From the IMG/VR virus record IMGVR_UViG_3300037418_003661: a stretch of DNA of 20,000 nt; one strand, 5' to 3'. The translations under genes and the position numbers were made by a program. The notes below the pieces were generated by a model, which did no database searches, was not told the DNA's origin, and saw nothing but the letters and a program-made list of their open reading frames with translations. This document shows positions 16,480-20,000 of the stretch, in pieces. Position 1 is the stretch's first letter. Every line of letters begins with the position of its first letter. The DNA is from an uncultured virus (IMG/VR IMGVR_UViG_3300037418_003661). Lineage: Duplodnaviria > Heunggongvirae > Uroviricota > Caudoviricetes.

Positions 16480-17075
16480 GGCACGCGGGCTGGGCCGTGG
16501 TGGGATTGGCCTTCTTCGGACTCACGTTCGCCGTGGGTCACCAACCCGTTGCCCAGCCCACCCACTGGGTCCAGGGCAACGACCTGCTCGACGAGCACAG
16601 CACCCACGGCGAGGGCAACCTCCAAGCCGTGCGCGGTACCGTGGACCGGGTGGGCACCAAGGTGACGGGCAGCCGCACCATCCACCTGATTGCCGATGAT
16701 GGTGCGCCCATCCTGATCAGCGTACCACCCACCGTAAGCGTGCGGATGCCCAAGAGCGGCGATCGCATCGGCGTGGTGGGCAGCGTCATCACGCCCGGCA
16801 CGCTCACCCTCAACGGTCGCGACCAGCTGCAGTTCCTGCCGCCCGCCACCAACAGCTCGCGCCGTCGCGAGTACTTCGCCCAGCTGGAGAACATCGAACG
16901 TCTCCCGTCGGGTGCGCACCGCGCCACGGTGGTGGGCGTGCACGGCGAGTTCGTGACGACCGCCCTGATTCAGGCTGGCATCGCGATTCCCCACAAGAAG
17001 TGGGCCGACTCCGGCTACATGATGAAGGGCTACGTCGGCAGCGACGGCACCTACGTGGTGGAGTCGCTGGAATGA
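16476..17075 (+). CDS. Membrane-anchored or secreted OB-fold-like protein (199 aa)
   Basis: GTG overlapping the upstream TGA; hydrophobic N-terminus GWAVVGLAFFGLTFAVG; VRGTVDRV..TIHLIADDG..PKSGDRIGVVGSV resembles an OB fold. Confidence 0.7.
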   Translation: MRHAGWAVVGLAFFGLTFAVGHQPVAQPTHWVQGNDLLDEHSTHGEGNLQAVRGTVDRVGTKVTGSRTIHLIADDGAPILISVPPTVSVRMPKSGDRIGVVGSVITPGTLTLNGRDQLQFLPPATNSSRRREYFAQLENIERLPSGAHRATVVGVHGEFVTTALIQAGIAIPHKKWADSGYMMKGYVGSDGTYVVESLE

Positions 17076-18310
17076 TCGCCCTCGTCCTGGCCGCGGCCTT
17101 CGGTACGCTCGCAGGACTGCTGTCCGCGCTGCCGGGGCTGCACATCTCCATCCTGCTCATCGGGGCGTTGCCCCTGCTGGGTGTCAACGGGCCAGTGGGT
17201 GCCGTGGTGTTGGTCACGGCCATCGGATCGGGGCTGATCGCGAGCAACCTCGCCAAGACCTTTCACCCGGCCACGGCCGACACCATCCGCTCGGCCACAC
17301 CCGAGCAAATTCTTGCATATCGGGGGGACGGTCTCAAAGCGGTGGGCATCCAGCATCAGGCGGTGTGGGCAGGCGTCCTCACCGTTCTGATGCTGGCCGC
17401 TGTTTTGCTGCCGTTGCGCACCCTGATCGGGACCGGTTTCGCTGCCGTGATCACCACGGTCACCGGCTGGTTGGTCCTGCCCCTGTTGCTCCTGTTCACG
17501 GGGCTGGTCGTGCGCCAGGCGAAGCACAAGCTTCCCACGGTGGCGGTCATCATCCTGGCAACAGGGCTGGGGTTCTACACCCTCAACTGTGCTGCCCTCA
17601 CGGGCAACCACAACGCGCTCGCCCCTCTTTTGGGTGGCGGCTTCGCGCTTCCCGCGCTTGCGATGGTCGTGCTCCATCGCGGAAGGGTCCAACCCTTCCC
17701 CAAACAGCGTGTGGTCAACAGCGCTGCGAAGCCTGCCCCCGAACAAGTGTGGGGCGCGCTCGGTGGGATCGCGACGGCGCTGACCGCGGGCTTGGGCTCC
17801 GGCGGCGCCGTCTCGGTCTTCGCCGACCAGGTCAACCACGAAGAGTACCTGGGCATGCACACCGCATCGGAAGCCGCGAACCATGTGTTCGCCGTGCTCC
17901 TCTTCATCCTGGTTGGGACGACCCACTCGGGTACCGGCGTTGCCTTGCGGCAACAACTGGTGAGTCCCGGCCTCGCCATGAGCTTGCTGCTCCTCGTCGC
18001 GCTGGCGTTGAGCACGTTCGTGGCGCACTACGTTGCACAACAAGTAGTAGGGAGGTACGTCTCATGCATTGGTAGGATTCCCCAACGGTCGGCCGCGATG
18101 GTCATCACCGTTGTGACCTTGGCACTGCTCTTCACCGAGACCGGCCTGGCAGGGATCGCTGTTGCGATCGCCGCTGCCGCGTTGGGCTGGTGTGCCAAGA
18201 CAAACTTCGTTCCGAACCAGGCGATGACTTTCACCCTGACGGGTCCGGTCCTCGTCTACCATCTGGGTCTCTCTGGTTGGTTGGCATCGCTGCTGCACGT
18301 TCTTCACTAG
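17072..18310 (+). CDS. Polytopic membrane protein, TctA/DUF112-like (412 aa)
   Basis: ATGA overlap with the upstream gene; about 11-12 hydrophobic segments; N-terminal GTLAGLLSALPGLH and a second GGIATALTAGLGSG repeat as in the TctA family. Confidence 0.7.
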   Translation: MIALVLAAAFGTLAGLLSALPGLHISILLIGALPLLGVNGPVGAVVLVTAIGSGLIASNLAKTFHPATADTIRSATPEQILAYRGDGLKAVGIQHQAVWAGVLTVLMLAAVLLPLRTLIGTGFAAVITTVTGWLVLPLLLLFTGLVVRQAKHKLPTVAVIILATGLGFYTLNCAALTGNHNALAPLLGGGFALPALAMVVLHRGRVQPFPKQRVVNSAAKPAPEQVWGALGGIATALTAGLGSGGAVSVFADQVNHEEYLGMHTASEAANHVFAVLLFILVGTTHSGTGVALRQQLVSPGLAMSLLLLVALALSTFVAHYVAQQVVGRYVSCIGRIPQRSAAMVITVVTLALLFTETGLAGIAVAIAAAALGWCAKTNFVPNQAMTFTLTGPVLVYHLGLSGWLASLLHVLH

Positions 18311-18471
18311 ACACCTCAACCTGTGGACGGACTTCTTGTAAGAGACCGACGGGCGGTTGCGTGAGACAGATTCAGCATCCACCACACAGCGCTATGCGCG
18401 AGACCAGGAGCACGTAACAACAGGTGCTCTCCAAATGGCTGTGCAAGCACGGTGAGATGCCGTGCAACCTT

Positions 18472-18505
18472 GGTTGGGTGGTTGGGTAGGTTGGGCCGTG
18501 GTTGG
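18472..18505 (+). repeat. Second GGTTGG cluster (4 copies)
   Basis: GGTTGG at 18472, 18480, 18489 and 18500 in an intergenic region. Confidence 0.6.
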
Positions 18506-18570
18506 CCTCTTGTAGGGCGATCCCATCGGAGGGGTCGGCCACGCGGCGAGATGCCGTTACGGGAGACACC

Positions 18571-18960
18571 ATGACCAACCAGCAACCCTTCATCCCGGCG
18601 GTGTTGGTAAACACTGCCAAGCTGCGCGAGTTAGCTCTTGAGCGAGCTGGCACAGTTGCCGATCAGCCGGTGACCCTGCTCGAACGAGTGGTGGTTGCGA
18701 TCTTGGTGAACCGAGAAGTCAAGAGCCCGACGCATCCCTTGATGGATACCATGCGCGAGGACTTGCAGACCTGGAACATCCCCAAGTACACGGCCCTGGT
18801 GGGTTGGTTGGCTCCCTACTCGCTGGTCTCCCAGTACCCGTCTGCGGTCAGCCGCGTTGCCCAGTACCTGCTAGGCACGACACGGGATCTGGAGCACGCC
18901 AGCATCGACTGGGAAGCCGTCCGGTACCACTACCCTCAACTCAAGCCGCCCATCTGGTAG
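18571..18960 (+). CDS. Hypothetical protein (129 aa)
   Basis: GGGAG SD and ACACCATG. Confidence 0.7.
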   Translation: MTNQQPFIPAVLVNTAKLRELALERAGTVADQPVTLLERVVVAILVNREVKSPTHPLMDTMREDLQTWNIPKYTALVGWLAPYSLVSQYPSAVSRVAQYLLGTTRDLEHASIDWEAVRYHYPQLKPPIW

Positions 18961-19016
18961 GTGGGCGCACTTGTCACGTCGGTTACATCCCTCCGATGCT
19001 CGAAAGGAGCTACCCC

Positions 19017-19577
19017 ATGACCACGCGTTCCACCCGCACCGCCAACACCGGCACCGAGATCGTCAAGGAGTCGGCCGAGAACATCGAGGCTGCCCCTGCC
19101 ACCGACGGCCAGGTTGCCGCCACCGAGAAGGACGCCGAGAAGAAGGCGCCCGGCCCCAACGCCTACGTGGGCAACATCATGCACCTCAAGCGCGAGACCA
19201 AGTCCACCGGCAAGGCGTACGCCTTGGTGATGGTGCGCTTCGTCAACGGCCAGGAGATCGCGCAGAAGGCCGTGCAGGTCTTCCCGCGCACCGAAGGCTT
19301 CACCAGCCAGGTCGGCGACATGTTCGGCTTCGAGGCCAAGCGCCTCGTGGAAGCCTACGACAACGACGACAAGCCGATGAAGCTGGAGGACGGCACGCCC
19401 GTCTACCGCGCGTCCGGCGTGGGTCCCGAGCTGAAGCACTTCACGGTGCGGGCGACCGGCAAGGCCGCCAGCGTGGAGCCGACCGGCGAGATCAAGTCCA
19501 ACGGCTTGCGCGAGCGCCTGGCGAAGGCGTCCCCGCTCATGGCCAAGTTCTTGGGCGTCAAGTTCGAGAACTCGTAA
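19017..19577 (+). CDS. Hypothetical protein (186 aa); acidic disordered N-terminus and beta-rich core
   Basis: GAAAGGAG SD, ATG at 19017, very strong codon bias; followed by a GTAA-loop hairpin. Confidence 0.85.
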   Translation: MTTRSTRTANTGTEIVKESAENIEAAPATDGQVAATEKDAEKKAPGPNAYVGNIMHLKRETKSTGKAYALVMVRFVNGQEIAQKAVQVFPRTEGFTSQVGDMFGFEAKRLVEAYDNDDKPMKLEDGTPVYRASGVGPELKHFTVRATGKAASVEPTGEIKSNGLRERLAKASPLMAKFLGVKFENS

Positions 19578-19587
19578 GCTCCACCTT

Positions 19588-19617
19588 GAGTAGGGTCGTG
19601 GTAACATGACCCTACTC
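19588..19617 (+). terminator. GNRA-capped hairpin
   Basis: GAGTAGGGTCGTG-GTAA-CATGACCCTACTC, 13-bp stem followed by a pyrimidine run. Confidence 0.6.
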
Positions 19618-19627
19618 TCCTCTTCAA

Positions 19628-19699
19628 GCCTGGCGAGTCAGTGAGGAACGACATGCGGTTGAAACCCGCAGGGACCACGTTCGAGTCGTGGGCCAGGCA
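19628..19699 (+). tRNA. trnF: tRNA-Phe (GAA), CCA not encoded
   Basis: Acceptor GCCTGGC/GCCAGGC, D stem GTC/GAC, anticodon arm TGCGG-TTGAAAC-CCGCA, T arm CCACG-TTCGAGT-CGTGG, discriminator A, then CTA. Confidence 0.9.
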
Positions 19700-19702
19700 C
19701 TA

Positions 19703-19761
19703 GATCACTCTGTACCAACTAATCTCCTTCGGGAGGGCAGGTGGGCTCCTACAGAGTGGTC
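19703..19761 (+). ncRNA. Structured spacer RNA between tRNAs
   Basis: GATCACTCTGTA/TACAGAGTGGTC 12-bp stem enclosing CTCC-TTCG-GGAG (C-UUCG-G tetraloop). Confidence 0.55.
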
Positions 19762-19770
19762 GACCTTCAT

Positions 19771-19846
19771 GGGTAGGTGGTCCAGTAAGCAGGACGCGAG
19801 TGTGAAAAGCTCGGGGCACCGTGTGCAATTCCGGTCCTACCCACCA
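19771..19846 (+). tRNA. trnF: Atypical tRNA-Phe (GAA) with encoded CCA
   Basis: Acceptor GGGTAGG/CCTACCC-A-CCA, D stem GTCC/GGAC, anticodon arm CGAGT-GTGAAAA-GCTCG, T arm ACCG(T)G-TGCAATT-CCGGT with a bulge and non-TTC loop. Confidence 0.8.
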
Positions 19847-19849
19847 TTT

Positions 19850-19923
19850 CCTCGGGACGCCGATGGTCGGCAGGCGCTACCAGAACATGCGCCCTCTAGG
19901 TGGTTCGATTCCATCCCCGAGGA
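19850..19923 (+). tRNA. tRNA-like RNA with 11-nt anticodon loop (identity undetermined)
   Basis: Acceptor CCTCGGG/CCCGAGG-A, D arm GCCG-ATGGT-CGGC, GGCGC-TACCAGAACAT-GCGCC, T arm GGTGG-TTCGATT-CCATC; no CCA. Confidence 0.7.
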
Positions 19924-20000
19924 CTTACACAACTCACGGGCGTGTCAGCACCCTATCCGGCGGGTGCACCCGTGTCGTGACCCTAGCAGGATGACACCCT

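Larger units (their letters stand above)
7181..18171. repeat. Dispersed HIP1 palindromes GCGATCGC (21 copies)
   Basis: Manual count: 7181, 7223, 7365, 7577, 7612, 7718, 8092, 8737, 8753, 9548, 10267, 10576, 11289, 12090, 12967, 13326, 14162, 14999, 15550, 16759, 18164. Confidence 0.85.

Noticed and set aside
19935..19997. Canonical theta/HDV-like ribozyme
   Set aside because: Helix order fits, but the conserved catalytic core nucleotides and 3-bp P3 do not; kept only as an unassigned structure.

Overview
High-GC (~65% by eye), gene-dense DNA that looks like part of a large bacteriophage or phage-like element. 1-6.9 kb holds the 3' part of a very large ORF, a leftward operon (RHH regulator, hypothetical protein, DUF3102-like coiled coil) and a short rightward operon. 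Both operons start at a divergent sigma70-like promoter, and the rightward one ends at an intrinsic terminator. After a hairpin-rich non-coding boundary (6.9-7.3 kb) every gene is on the + strand. First come small, often Zn-finger 'early-type' ORFs with a shared leader motif. Next is the main finding: two adjacent genes for a very compact, divergent double-psi beta-barrel RNA polymerase (beta-like 654 aa with ED and K..K motifs; beta'-like 544 aa with RHP and DFDGD motifs). These are followed by a strand-biased GGTTG repeat tract, a coupled Cys-miniprotein/OB-fold/TctA-like operon, and a cluster of two dissimilar tRNA-Phe(GAA) genes plus an aberrant tRNA-like RNA with structured spacers. The HIP1 palindrome GCGATCGC occurs 21 times between 7181 and 18171 and not at all in 1-7180 (manual count). 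All calls are from manual reading; no searches were run.
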